Assembly: GCA_951406725.2 (NCBI GenBank)
Contig: OX597833.1
Coordinates: forward strand, 64,294,001 to 64,358,000
Reading direction: 5' to 3'
DNA from: Octopus vulgaris
Lineage: Eukaryota
DNA length: 64,000 nucleotides
Shown: in pieces, positions 44,069-61,931 of the stretch
How the letters are laid out: each line of letters opens with the position of its first letter
Position numbering within the stretch: the first letter of the stretch is position 1
Program-made: the position numbers and the translations under genes
The notes under the pieces: model-generated
What the model saw: only the letters and a program-made list of their open reading frames with translations
Told to the model about the DNA's origin: nothing
Databases searched by the model: none

Positions 44069-44660
44069 CAGGTATAAGGACTTGCTGAAGGCTTCCTTAA
44101 GAGATGCTTGCATCTCTCCTGACACATGGGAAGGCATAGCTACTGATCGTAGCAGGTGGAGAAGGATTGTGCATGAGGGGACAGCCACGTTTGAGAAATC
44201 TCGAGTTGCACATGAGAAAGTAAGGAGGGATGTCAGGAAGGGCATCGATGTTACACTTCCAGAAGGGAAGGGTCTTCCTTTGATTCTGACATGCAATGTC
44301 TGTGCAAGACACTGCCTCAGTAAAGCTGGACTCACGAGTCATCTTCGTAGTCATAAAACGAGACAGATGAGTGACAACCTGGCCACTGGTGGTGGTGTAA
44401 CACACCGTACTAATCATATCTGTCGGGTATGTGGAAGAGAGTGTAATTCGGCAGGAGGACTTAAACAACATGCAAAGGTACATGAAACCCAGTTACAACT
44501 ACAGCCGGCTATTACCAGTAAAGGTTTTTAGTTGCCAATTTTGTACAAGACATTGTAGATCTTTAGCTGGGCTAAAAAGTCACATTCGATCACAGCACCA
44601 GTAACAGTTAAGCTTCGTGCAATGGCCATACTCGATAACGAGGGGACAGCCATAATGCAC
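44069..44660 (+). pseudogene. 5'-truncated RTE-clade-like LINE: ORF C-terminus with three C2H2 zinc fingers and short 3' UTR
   Basis: YKDLLKASL...TWEGIATDRSRWRRIVHEG is typical of the RTE post-RT region. Fingers are CNVC..HLRSH and CRVC..HAKVH, then CQFC..HIRSQH* after a 1-nt frameshift at about 44527 (stop 44602-44604). Flanked by (TATG)n. Confidence 0.8.
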
Positions 44661-45266
44661 GTATGTATGTATGTATGTATGTATGTATGTATGTATGTAT
44701 GTATGTATGTATGTATGTATGTATGTATGTATAGAATGTTAGGTGTGATGTATATAAGGGAATATTGAGAAAAACAGTCGTCAGAATTTTGGAAAATATC
44801 CTTCTATTTCTTCTTCATTATTATTATTATCGCTTTCGCTCCTCTCTAGACCTTCAAATACAATTTTGTGAATGTACAAACGGTTTGTTCATTTATATAA
44901 AACAGATGTTTTGTGGGGTTTTGTTTAGAAGAGAAAATTGTTTTTGTTTTTTTTTTGGGTGTGAGGTTCCAAGACAATGGAGATCGAGAGATAGAAAGAT
45001 AGGTAGGGAGATAGGCTGATAGACAGATAGATAGTCAGCTAGATGGGTAGAGGGAAAGAGAGAGAGAGATGGGATATCCACCTTCCTATTCACCATTCAT
45101 TTATATATTTAATTATTTTTTCCTTTATCATTGTGACAGAACTGGTTTAAATAAGGTGACCGCTTAAAAAAGCAAAACAAACCAGGTGTGTTTTGGTCAT
45201 CACTGAAAGTCTTTTTGCTGTCTCTCTCTATATACATAGCTACATAGATACATACATATATATATG

Positions 45267-45317
<51 letters not shown>

Positions 45318-45327
45318 GTGTGTGTGC

Positions 45328-45358
<31 letters not shown>

Positions 45359-45712
45359 TCAATATATGTACATATATATATTTATATATATATATACATG
45401 TATATAAATATATATATGCATATATATATATATTCAATAAAGGGTGGAATATAATTAATTTAATAAAATTAATCAATTTCACCTAGTAGATTTGTCGGTA
45501 TGGAAAAGACCATATTTGGTAAGGGTTATAATAATTATAATAAAGGGTTAAAAGCAACAAGTTGCTCAAAACCACATACCGAAAATATTAGAAATAGCAG
45601 CCAAAATTGGTCAGTATTTCCTCTACTAGTAAAAAGTCTCCACAAACAAACAGAATTTGTAAGCTGTATATGGCAAAAAAAGGCAGAAAATAACGAATTT
45701 CTGCCTTTTTTG

Positions 45713-45793
<81 letters not shown>

Positions 45794-46094
45794 GTGTGTG
45801 TGATTGTGTATAGAAGAATATATTAATAAAAAGAATTCCAACCTTGTCTGATTTTCACGTTTTATTTACAATCTTATAATGATATATTATAAGATAATAT
45901 ATTATAATTGAATAAAATAAAATGAAATAGTAGAATGTTAAATATTCATTCTGATTGAACTAGTACTTTCATGCATTGAATTCTGCAATCTTCGGGTTCA
46001 TGTAGTAGTGTTGACAGTCATGCTTCACAATTTTATATATATATTTTACATATATATATATATAATTTTACATATATATATATATATATATATA

Positions 46095-46151
<57 letters not shown>

Positions 46152-46659
46152 ATATATATATTATATATATGAAGAGAGAGAGAGAGAGAGAGAGAGGAGG
46201 GATATAGAGAGATATTACCATTTGTTTGCTGGTCCATTATTTATGATGCCATGTATTAACCTTCGTACGTTTTGTTCTTGTTCTTCCCGCCAATAAAGAA
46301 TCATCATTGCCGTGAGTCTTTTGTCGTTGCCATCGATAAAAGTGAGTGGGTTACGGTCTGTTCGCAAATCTGTGTATTTTATTTCCTTTCAGAACTGGAC
46401 TCACTCATAGCTTAAGGAAAAAACAAAAAAGGTTAATTATGTGTGTCTATGAAACGATTTATCCTTGTTATATACATATATATATAAAAAAAAAAACATT
46501 TTGTTAACCCGTGTAACGCTGAAGCAACAACAGCAGAGACCACAGATGGCAGCATCAGTAGCAACAGCAGCAGTAGTAGTAGCAGCAGTAGTAGAAGTGG
46601 TAGTAGCGACAGCAGCAACAACAGGATCCACATGGTTAACAACATCAATAAAACTACAA

Positions 46660-48100
<1,441 letters not shown>

Positions 48101-48979
48101 TTGCTGTAATGTGGAAAGATTGTTTTTTCTATCTTCGTGTTTTTTTTTTCAATTTTTCTCTTCTATCGCAAAATAGAATAGTCGTTTGGATGGCGTCTTC
48201 CTTTGAACTAGTGCTTCGTTCAGACAAGCTAATATTTTGTGATAGACGAGGGAGAGAGAGAGGCAGAAAGAGAGAGAGAGGCAGAAAGAGAGAGAGATAC
48301 AAACAGATGCACACATGCATAGACAGAGGTAGACAGAGGAACCTGTTGAAATATTTTTTTGATAGTTATAGAGTAATCCTTCGCCTACTCTTTTTAAACA
48401 TCTGCTAAATTGCCATCAAACAAAATATTTCGTTTTAACATAACGCTTGTTGAATCTAGTTGAACTAATTATAATTCCAACACTTTAATTGTCTTTTTAA
48501 AACAACAGAACAAGCATATTCACTAATCATTACATCATCGTTTAAAACCAGGCGACAGTGTTGTTAATGTTAAGAGTCGTCTGCTGCGCAAACAATGTGA
48601 CTTCGGGTTCAGACTTGCTAGAGCTGGCACACATTTCGTAGAATTCGAAAAACGGAATTTGTGTGAAATCCTGACATAATATATTTTGGGTTGGTGGATG
48701 ATTAATGTAAATTACAACAGTTTTAGTATAAAAAACAAAACTGTCGTTAATTACTAATACAAGACACGTTGGTAAAATAGTACTCGAATACCACAGGTAG
48801 AGTAATATGTTTCTATTAAAGCTGCAACATTATCACAAAAAGCGGTTACTCGGAGTTTCAGGCTCCCATTCGACAGACAATATATATATATATATATGGA
48901 TGTATGTATATATAGATAGGTATACATATATACATATATATATATACACACACATATATATATATATACATATTTATAC

Positions 48980-49010
<31 letters not shown>

Positions 49011-49274
49011 CATACATACATACACATATATATAGGGAGGAACAAAAAGGAGGAATTTCGATCATAATTTGATTCGTTCATAAACAGCACATATAACATG
49101 CACAAAAATGCCTTCTTAAGAAAATATGTAATTAAAATAATTTGATGTCATGATTACCGAAAGCGAAACCGGTCGATAAACACAATATAAAATATATTTA
49201 AAAATATGTTAAAACTATCTAAAGTGAGTGAATTTTCCTTCTTTAATTTCTTATACACACAAACGCACACACAC

Positions 49275-49337
<63 letters not shown>

Positions 49338-49384
49338 AACACATACACGCACTTATATATATATTTGGATATATCTAAGAGTGC

Positions 49385-49610
49385 GTGTCTTCGTGTCAGT
49401 GTTTGTCACCCATCACCACTTCACAACCGATGCTGGCATATTTACGTCCCCGTAAATTAGCGGTTTGACAAAAGAAACCGATAGAATATTTACTAGGCTT
49501 TAAAAATGGGAAAAGTCCTGCGGTCGAATTTCTTTTCGTCTGAAAGTCTCTAGGCGGTGCTACAGCACAGCCGCAATCAAATGACTGAAACACGTAATTA
49601 TAAGAAATAA
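49385..49610 (+). mobile_element. SINE family B diverged 3' half
   Basis: ACAACCGATGCTGG...TTTACGTCCCCGTAA...AAAGAAACCGATAGAATA...CAAATGACTGAAAC. Confidence 0.75.
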
Positions 49611-50360
49611 AAGAACAACAATAACAACAACAAAAAAGAATATGTTCATAAAGAAAGAAAGAAAGAGAAGAACGTTAGGGAATTAAGGTATTAAAATACA
49701 TCCTCACACATATGTATGCATAAAAGAACACAACACACATATATCCTGATATTTATTCCGCGCACAAATTAGCGCTTTTTAAAATAACAAACGCTGAAAC
49801 AAATGCTAAAGAATGGCGGAAATTTCCGAAGAACACTTCTGCGGAGATCTCGCTGGAATTATAGTAACACCAGCAAAATTTGGAAACATAAGCCGGAAAC
49901 CTACAAATGCAGCTGGAATACTGATAAATAAATCCTTTACGAATCAGCTTTCTGTTAGTAATAATACAATTTCGAAATACTGCTGATGAAGTCTTGGAAT
50001 TAATTTTGTTTTTGTTTTAAATAATGGTAATTGGGTTAATCTTTTAATCCTGAAATATTCCCAGGCATAACCAAAGATTTTACTCGGAGCGCATTCTCTT
50101 AATTTCTGCTATGAAACAGATCAAGTGATAATTCGATTTTCCGAAGAGCTTATATATTCCCGGATTTAAAAGTCAACCGACGTTACATCGGTAAATAACA
50201 CCTAACCGTAGAGAAATACATGTCCTACTACTATTACTACTGCTGCTGCTATTGCTGCTGCTACTACTACTACTACTACTACTACTACTGCTGCTGCTAC
50301 TACTGCTGCTGCTGTTGCTGTTGCTGCTATTACTGCTGCTGTTCCTGCTGCTGCTATTAT

Positions 50361-50452
<92 letters not shown>

Positions 50453-50464
50453 CAACTGCTGCTG

Positions 50465-50498
<34 letters not shown>

Positions 50499-50699
50499 CA
50501 CTACCATTACTATTATTATTATTATTATTCGACCTAATTAACAACAGCAACAACAAAACCAATACCAGCAAGATCGATAAGTACAAGGATAACAACAATA
50601 ACAACAACGACAGCAGCAACAACAGTAACAACAACAAAAACAACAACGAGAATAATACCAGTAATAAAAAACAAAACAAAATACGTTCGCAGCACGTAA

Positions 50700-53060
<2,361 letters not shown>

Positions 53061-53449
53061 CAGTGCTGCGGTTGTTGTTGTTGTTGTTGCTCTCTGTGGC
53101 CTGACAGACAGGTTCCTACAGCGGCCTCAAGGATGGCGACGACGAATTGACGTTTTGAGTGATAAATATATTGCAAGATGAAGACGTCTCTTAAGCTTCG
53201 AATCTCATTAGTTGTCTATAGAGGCCGCCAAGGTCGTCTGTCCTCACACACACACACACAGAGGCATAAGCGCGCGTGCGCATAAGTGTGATTGTAAATG
53301 GGAATACATACACAAACACACTTACACGTATATATACACGTATATGCATACATACATGCATAAAATGTATGTCAATACGTATACATGTATATATATACAT
53401 AATTATCATATATACCTATATCTATATATATATTTACACACACACACAC

Positions 53450-53487
<38 letters not shown>

Positions 53488-53556
53488 TATACATGTTCGC
53501 GTATATATAATTGTTGATGTGCACATATAGGCGTGTGTTTCTCTCTGCGTCTATTC

Positions 53557-53610
<54 letters not shown>

Positions 53611-53686
53611 GTATGTATATATATATATACATATATGTATATGTACATATATATATGTTTATATATATATGTATATGTACATGTAC

Positions 53687-53737
<51 letters not shown>

Positions 53738-53945
53738 CGTGTGCGTGTATATATATATGCATATGTATATATATACATAGAGAGAGAGAGAGAGAGAGAG
53801 ATAAATAGATAGATATGTATATATATGTTGTGCGTGCCGCGTGTGCATGCACACACATATATTGTAATGAGGAAACAGTTTAATAGTTTTTATCTATGTG
53901 AGTCATCATGTTTCTGATTGCTTTACGTTGAAAACATAGAAGAGA

Positions 53946-53976
<31 letters not shown>

Positions 53977-54860
53977 GGAGGGAGAGAGAATAGGAAAGAG
54001 AGGACAAAGAATAGAAAGGATGAGAATGTTAGAAAAGAGAACTTGGAAATGTTATTGTAAATCTTTATTAGATAAACATGACAACAAAACTAAAATCTAA
54101 ATAGGCCCCCACCTCCCAGGAAAAAGAAAAAGTGACAAAAGAGAAACGAGAAAGATGTAATCAAGCAAAGCCAGATTTTGAAGAAAAAAAAACAAGAAAA
54201 AAAACAAGAAAAAAAAAAAACATTAGAAATATATAAAGTATAAGATAGTAAAAACATACGACAAAAAGCGAAAACGGACGTGGAAAAAAAATGAGGAAAA
54301 ATTAAAAAAAAATAATAGGATGAAGGAAAAATAAAATTTAAAAATAAAATAAAATGTATAAGAAAAGTAATATATATAAATGAAATAAGTATAATACATA
54401 TAAAATAAACAACATAGAACAAGGGAAAAAAATTATAAAAAAAAAAAGAAAGAAAAAAAAAATTTAGCAGCGCTGAATAGAGATGTATTTCCAATTATTT
54501 GGAGATTCCATTGAACTCGTTATCGTAATTAAATCGTATTGATCACTAGTGTCATTTCTACAGAGATTGCTAATACGAAACAAGAGCAACAACTATAAGT
54601 ACAGCTGCCACAACAACAACAACAACAACAGTAAGCAGAAAGCAGCAGCAGCTACAACATGAATGTCACCGCCATCCCAGCCCCTCCACCAATAAGCAAC
54701 AGCTATGTACTTTGAGACACATTATGCGCATATGTTGTGTATATATATATATATATACGCACACAAACATATATATGCATATATTTAAGTGTATATATAT
54801 ATATATATGTTTATATATAACTAGGTTTGTATATATACATGTATATCTGTATGTATGCAC

Positions 54861-54902
<42 letters not shown>

Positions 54903-55215
54903 ATATACAGAGCACATACGTATATAAAGTATATATATAAATGTATATATATGTAAATATTTATATATGTATATTTATATATATATATATATGTATATAT
55001 GTATATATATATGTATTTATATATATTTGTGTGTGTGTGAGAGTGTGTGTATGTATGTCTATATATGTATGCATAAATATGTATCCATATATATGTATAT
55101 ATATATGTATGTGTATATATGTATAAATGTATATATGTATATATGTATATATATATATATAAATATATATTTATATATATATATATACATTCATATATAT
55201 ATGTGTCTATATATG

Positions 55216-55246
<31 letters not shown>

Positions 55247-55590
55247 GTAAACCCACATGTGTAATTACACACCTACATGCATGTGCACATAAGCGTATGC
55301 AGTTACGCACTACGATGAAAGAAAGAAAAAGCGAAAGAGACGAAGTCACATGAACGATATAACCAATCATCAAAGCCATGCGAGAAGAATATATAATCAA
55401 AGTACACCATATTTTTCTATTTATTTATTACTTTTTATTTGGTAGGCTTTTTGTCATTTTTTTTGTATTCTCTTATTTTTTGCCGCATTATACATTCTTG
55501 CATTCATTCAGTATTATTATTGTTATTATTATTATTATTATCATTATTATTATTATTATTATTATTATTGAGTGAGAGAGCAGTGCATGC

Positions 55591-55665
<75 letters not shown>

Positions 55666-55676
55666 GATTACTATGA

Positions 55677-55762
<86 letters not shown>

Positions 55763-55767
55763 TTTTA

Positions 55768-55824
<57 letters not shown>

Positions 55825-56059
55825 GTTATTATTATTATTTGTTTCGTTCTGAGTGCTAAACCAAAAAAAAAACATGTTCAAATATATTCCGACTTGACTC
55901 AAACTGACATCTTAAGTACTCCGCCATGTCATCTGCGTTTTTACGTTTGTTCTTTATTCTGGAGACGATGTTTTGTTATTTATTGTTGTCTCTGTGTTAA
56001 ACATAAACAAGTATGCATACATACATTTATAGGTGTGTATGTGTGTGTGTGTGTGTGTG

Positions 56060-56105
<46 letters not shown>

Positions 56106-56344
56106 TATTTATATAAATACGTACGAATGAAAACACACACACACATATATATATGCGCATATATATATATATACATACATACATATATATATATATATAT
56201 GTATATTAATGTATGCATGTACATATATGAATATATATGCATATATATTTGTTTCTATATACATATAAATATATATATATGCATATATATATATATGCAT
56301 ATATATATATACATATATGTATATATATATATAATATGTGACAA

Positions 56345-57523
56345 GTATTCATTTGCCATAATAAAACGCCGAGTTTCGGATGTCAGTGGGGAAATCTCCT
56401 CCGGCATCTCGTCAGTTATTAAGACAACAAAAATGCTATGAAAATGGCCGTTAATCAATGGGAAATTACTATGTAAATGACTGTTATTAAGACAAAGAAA
56501 AGAGCTACTATAATGACCGCTAAATAAAGGAAAAACCCGAAGGGGAGAAATTCAAAGTGCTCATAGAATTCGCGTATGCGCGCATGGTTATACATACACA
56601 TGCGCACATATATATGCAGCCATACATATATATGCAACCATACATATGTACACATATAATACCCGCATACACGCACGCGTACACACGTATATATAGCCAT
56701 ACGAGCACATATATATTCATATACATGTCTATACACGCACGTGCGCAAAAATGCAGGGCGAAAGGTAATATACAGAAAAAATATTTAAGAATATATAAAG
56801 CAATATAAAAATATATATATAAACTATGTAAAAATATATATATATAAAATATAGAGAGAGATAAAATTCTTGTACGTGGACACTATATATAAAGCAGGTT
56901 CTATTTCTGATCTTGGTGGTGGGCGATCAAAAATGTAACAAATACTTAGTCGTATATGGGCATTATTCCAATAAGTTCAGTTCTAGAATTTAGACATGTA
57001 GCTAAGCTGCTTTTCCAGATGAGCCATCTTTCAATATCACAAAGATCGCACTTTCCTCTGCCGTTGGTGTAATGCTTACACTTGGATAAGATCTCCCAAT
57101 GGCTGTTGCAATTAAAACCTTTTTCATTTTTAGGACCATATGTGCCTGGATAATTTCGTTGTTTTTCTTTTATCCCAGTGTCTGAAGCTCGAGGCATGAT
57201 TGTTGAACCTGGCTTTAAAATTCCCCTCTGTGAGACCCATATATTTCTTTGATGAAACTATGTTCTTAGTGGTTGTAGAGTCTACGGTGGCTCCATAAAT
57301 GATGGTCTTGGACATGCAAGCTCCATTTACCGGGCAAAACTTTTTATCCTTGCATGAACAGCTGGTTTCATTTTGTTGCTTTTGTATGTTGTGTGCGATT
57401 ATATTATAAGAGGGATGACCACTACATGGACATTTCAAGTGAACATTCCTTTCTTAGTGGTTAGACCATAGCGGATCTACTTGTAGCATAATGTTTGTCC
57501 ACGTAGTGGTCATCTCTCTTATA
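56345..57523 (-). pseudogene. 5'-truncated Penelope-like element (C-terminal GIY-YIG endonuclease with Cys-rich linker, 3' region with hammerhead, 5' fold-back)
   Basis: CSCKDKKFCPVNGAC..IIYGATV..YMGLTEGNFKARFNNHASSFRH..LSRHIWS/KNEK..WEILSKC..CDLC..LNSRTEL, with one frameshift at about 57133. Hammerhead at 56360-56420. Inverted 28-bp arms at 57405-57432 and 57496-57523. Confidence 0.85.
56360..56420 (-). ncRNA. Type I hammerhead ribozyme motif in the Penelope 3' pseudo-LTR
   Basis: Reverse complement: AATAA-CTGACGA-GATGCCGG...CTGACATC-C-GAAA-C-tcggc-GTT-TTATT, with stem I AATAA/TTATT. Confidence 0.6.
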
Positions 57524-57571
57524 TATATGTAATATAATTTTTCTGAACCTTGAGATTTTAATATGTTAGAC

Positions 57572-57772
57572 CAGTGGTTTTCAACCAGGTTTCCGCCAGT
57601 ACAGTCCAGGGGTTCCGCAAGAAGTTACAAAACTGCTAAAATCAGCAGTAATTTTTAATTCTCCTGTGCAGATATGTGTGCATAAGACTATTAAATTATT
57701 GCACAGGGGTTCCTCGAGCCAGTGGAATGTTTCCTTGGGGTTCCGCTCCAGCAAAAATGTTGAAAAGCACTG
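57572..57772. mobile_element. hAT (Charlie-like) MITE
   Basis: TIRs CAGTGGTTTTCAAC / GTTGAAAAGCACTG. Perfect 8-bp TSD TGTTAGAC at 57564-57571 and 57773-57780. Repeated subterminal GGGGTTCC motifs. Confidence 0.92.
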
Positions 57773-57837
57773 TGTTAGACCACTCGTTTTAAATATTAAT
57801 CAAATTAATGTTCTATTTTTTACCCTTATCATTTATA

Positions 57838-57901
<64 letters not shown>

Positions 57902-59460
57902 ATATCAATCTTTGACCATGATAATAATGGACAGGTGCTGTTGATGGAGCGCAAAGTCGCAGAAGTCACGAAATCCAGCAGTTACACCATAGGTGTTGGT
58001 CGGTTTTTATTAGTGTCTAATATACCTGTGCTTTCAACTACTAAACATTTCTACTCTCTCTAGACGACTACCACAGTCTTACGGCTTTCTTATAAGACAT
58101 CCGCATTAAGTATGATATAATAATTGCTATTCGGTACAAATACTTCTTCAGACGCTAAAAACTATTATATATATATATATATATATGTGTGTGTATGTAT
58201 GTATGTGTGCGTGTGTGCGTCGGTTGTCGTGTATGTGTGTGCATGCGTGTATACGTCTATGTTTGTGTAAAATGTGTATACATATACACATACATATATA
58301 TAAAATTACAATCGCGTAAGTTTTAGTATGGTGTAGTAACCTTTTGTGACGGTACAGACAGCAAATGATTGAAGAGGTTTCGAATACCGATGAAGGGATT
58401 TTGACAGACACACAATCGATTGAGAAGTTAATCGAATCACTAATGAAACAATCGATTACTTAACAGGTTAAAAGTTAACAAATTGATGTATAATAAACGG
58501 GGTGAATTTGAACCTGAATATGAGTTGTTTGCTATTAGCATTATGACCTCTCGTGATACCACAAAATATTTAAGAAATTATTAGCAATAAAAATGAAGTC
58601 CTGTAATATTAATAAGTTTCAGAATTTCTTGACCTGTGAGTATAACTTTGGAAGGATATAATCATATCATCTTAGAACGTCATTTCGGTTATGCGAGCAA
58701 GAAATAAATAAAGATGCGCTTTTAATCAGTGTTTTTTTTTTTTAGTTTGTTTTAAAATTAGGATATTCTCTAGAGTACATAAGCTACAGAAATAATTAGC
58801 TTGCGTATAATGTTTGGTTTTATATGGGAATTGTATAACGGAAAGGTGTTATTCATCAAAGGTTTTATATATTTCTTGGTAAGCTCGTATCCACTCATTT
58901 TTGCGCTACTCTAAATGCATATTTCTGCAGGGTGTATCTAAACTTAAATCAATTTGCTGTCATGCCGACGTAATCTATTCCGTTCTGATTAATGTTAGAA
59001 GTGACATTGGTTGGATAGATAAATGGTTTATCTAAGTCTTTGCCACTTATTTGGAATTACATTCTGTGAATGACTGTTGGACTTAGGAATAATAATATTA
59101 AGATATTATACACACATTCAAATTCATATATATACAAGCACACATATACACTTACACACTAACCACACGCATATAGTACCGCCATCCGTACATATGTATG
59201 TATATACATACATATATTGAATGCAATACCATATAACGTAGATATATATACATATATATATACATACATACCTACATGCATACACACATACATACATACA
59301 CACACACACTATTGCATTCAATATTCCAATATCTTATTCTATTATGGAATGCATCTAAATTATTGTGGTGCCAGTTACAAATGAGAATCTATGGTCTACT
59401 TTCTGATATACATATCCAGATACAAGAAAGCCATCCATATATATATATATATATATATAT

Positions 59461-59820
59461 AGGCGCAGGAGTGGCTGTGTGGTAAGTAGCTTGCTAACCA
59501 ACCACATGGTTCCGGGTCCAGTCCTACTGCGTGGCATCTTGGGCAAGTGTCTTCTGCTATAGCCCCGGGCCGCTCAATGCCTTGTGAGTGGATTTGGTAG
59601 ACGGAAACTGAAAGAAGCCTGTCGTATATATGTATATATATATATATATGTGTGTGTGTGTTTGACAACCGATGCTGGTGTGTTTACGGCCAAAGAGACC
59701 GATAGAATAAGTACTGGGCTTACAAAGAATAAGTCCCGGGGTCGATTTGCTCGACTAAAGGCGGTGCTCCAACATGGCCGCAGTCAAATGACTGAAACAA
59801 GTAAAAAGAGAGTAAAAAGA
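59461..59820 (+). mobile_element. SINE family B full-length copy (internal deletion) within (TA)n
   Basis: GGCGCAGGAGTGGCTGTGTGGTAAG head, CTTGGGCAAGTGTCTT body, AAGTAAAAAGAGAGTAAAAAGA tail. Confidence 0.9.
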
Positions 59821-59825
59821 CATAC

Positions 59826-59869
<44 letters not shown>

Positions 59870-60244
59870 TTCTTTGAAAAGCAGTGTTCCATAGAGACAT
59901 ATTGTATTTTCTTCAGTTACTCTGACATTAAAATTGCTATGATTTCTTTAATCAATACCGAAATGTGTTTATGTGCTTCCGTCCAGGTGAACATGTGACA
60001 CTAATTTAAGGTGTAATTTCTTTGTGTTTAATCTATAACTGAAATTTTTCCCCTGCTCAGAGGGAATTCAATTTAGTACCATTTTCACTTGATGAAGGGA
60101 AAGAATTTGAAATAATAAACGTAAATTTACTACTTGAACAGGTAAACACACTTCTCCACACATACGCAAATATATATATATATATATAAAGGTTTCTAAT
60201 ATCGGCACGTGATGAGACTGTGGGTTAGCCCAATTTTTAGTATG

Positions 60245-60560
60245 CCTAGCTAAATGCTTAGCAGCATTTCGTCCCTTTCCCGACGCTCTGAGTTCAATAT
60301 CTACTGAGTTCGACCTTTCATCCTTTCGCGGTCGATAAAATAGATATCAGTGAAGAACTGGGGCGGATGCAACCGACCACCCCTCACCAATAATTGCTGG
60401 CCTTGCTCCAAAATTTGAAAAGCGAGGTGGGATGGGAGTAAATTTGCCCATTACATCGACCACTGTATTTGACTACAATTTATTTTATCGATATCAAACG
60501 TTTGAAAGGGAAATCAACTTAGGTAGAATTTGAACTCGAAACAGAACCACGGATTAAATG
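60245..60560. mobile_element. Two degraded SINE A2 copies in opposite orientation
   Basis: The + copy reads AAATGCTTAGCAGCATTTCG..CCTTTCATCCTTTCGCGGTCGATAAAAT..AATTGCTGGCCTTGCTCCAAAATTTGAAA. A - copy (TACATCGAC..GAATTTGAACTC) follows. Confidence 0.65.
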
Positions 60561-61931
60561 CTAGCGTAGGAATTGTACAGGGTCAAGCGGGTTTACCGAT
60601 ACTTGGAAAAGACAAAGAGGTCTCCATATGGAGACAAAAAATACTGTTCTCATATTTTGTATGAAGAATATGTGGTTTAGAAGTTGGAATTTCCAGGCGT
60701 TTGGTTAAACAGAGATCGAACCATCTATTGTTTTTGCGAATATGCGCCGCTCTAATGTATATATATATATATTGTCCTTAAGCTCCCAAAAGGAGTTTTG
60801 CTCTTCCTTCCTTCGTTTCCAGAGTTGGTGAAGTGGAATATGACTTAAGTATAGGGTTGATGTAATCAAGCTTCCCTTCCTCTCATAATTGCATGCATTG
60901 GACCCTATAACACACCTGTAACGTTCATTGGGAATATTGTGATTTCGGTCCCTTAAACGCACAGCAAAACCCGGCAACCAGCGTTATGCGTCCTCGAGCA
61001 CTAGGAAAACTTAAAACAGTCGGTTACCACAATTTTAAGCGTAGGACTGTATTTGAACAATAGCGTCGTATTTTGCATTTTTCCAGTAAGTGAAACACGA
61101 TTTTAATGTATTTCTAATGGCGAAAATGACAAACAAGTGTGCATAACTGAGCAGAGACAATAGAAAGCAAGACAAGTTAGCGGTGAAATTTATTTGTAGT
61201 TAAAAGCCAACTGGTAAAAACCAATTATTTGTTGATAGAATCCAACTGTGCATGTTAGATGCACCGAGATATATTCACATTTAAGTTGAAATTTGTCACG
61301 CCATACCATTTGTCAATATTTCGTGACATTCTTCAATTACTCTTGAGGTCGTCCACTTTAATTGGATTGTTTCAGACCAGAGTAGAACCGTGAATTGAAG
61401 ACTTTGACAGATTCACGCGACTATTCAAAGGTCTAGGTTATGATTTTATTAAAGTAAACACGCTTAGGAAGGGATGGTCCGTTACCGATTGACCTTGTGT
61501 TTGTCAATTTCAAGTACGCTCCAAATCAAATTGGTTTTTCTCTTTCTATTTCTTAGTTCGTTTGTGTCACTGGAGTTCTTAGAATTTCGTTATTCGCATT
61601 AGTCACATTCTCTGAAATAACGACTGACAATTCACTCCCCCAACCACACACACACACTTCCAACCGACCTCTGTACAGTCATTTTATCTAATAGCTAACA
61701 TAGTATCAACAGAGATAAGTGTAGAAACACTAAAAAGACAACCACTCAATAAATTTACAAATGTAATAATAAACAAACATTTCCTCGAATTATTTCTGTC
61801 ATGTAAGGGACACAATTGTCGATGTGTTTCAGACTTATTATGACCCCATTAGGGAAGCAATTATAACTAATCAGTCACAGAGTTAGTGGTGAAATGACCA
61901 CAAGATAAGGTAACAAAATTGTTGAGAGCAT

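Noticed and set aside
49813-49986. 57-codon ORF MAEISEEHFCGDLAG...
   Set aside because: Short, with no recognisable domain or splice support.
56946-57438. Possible selenoprotein-type (Naiad) Penelope
   Set aside because: The endonuclease is C-terminal and the interruption is a frameshift, not an in-frame TGA. No SECIS is visible.
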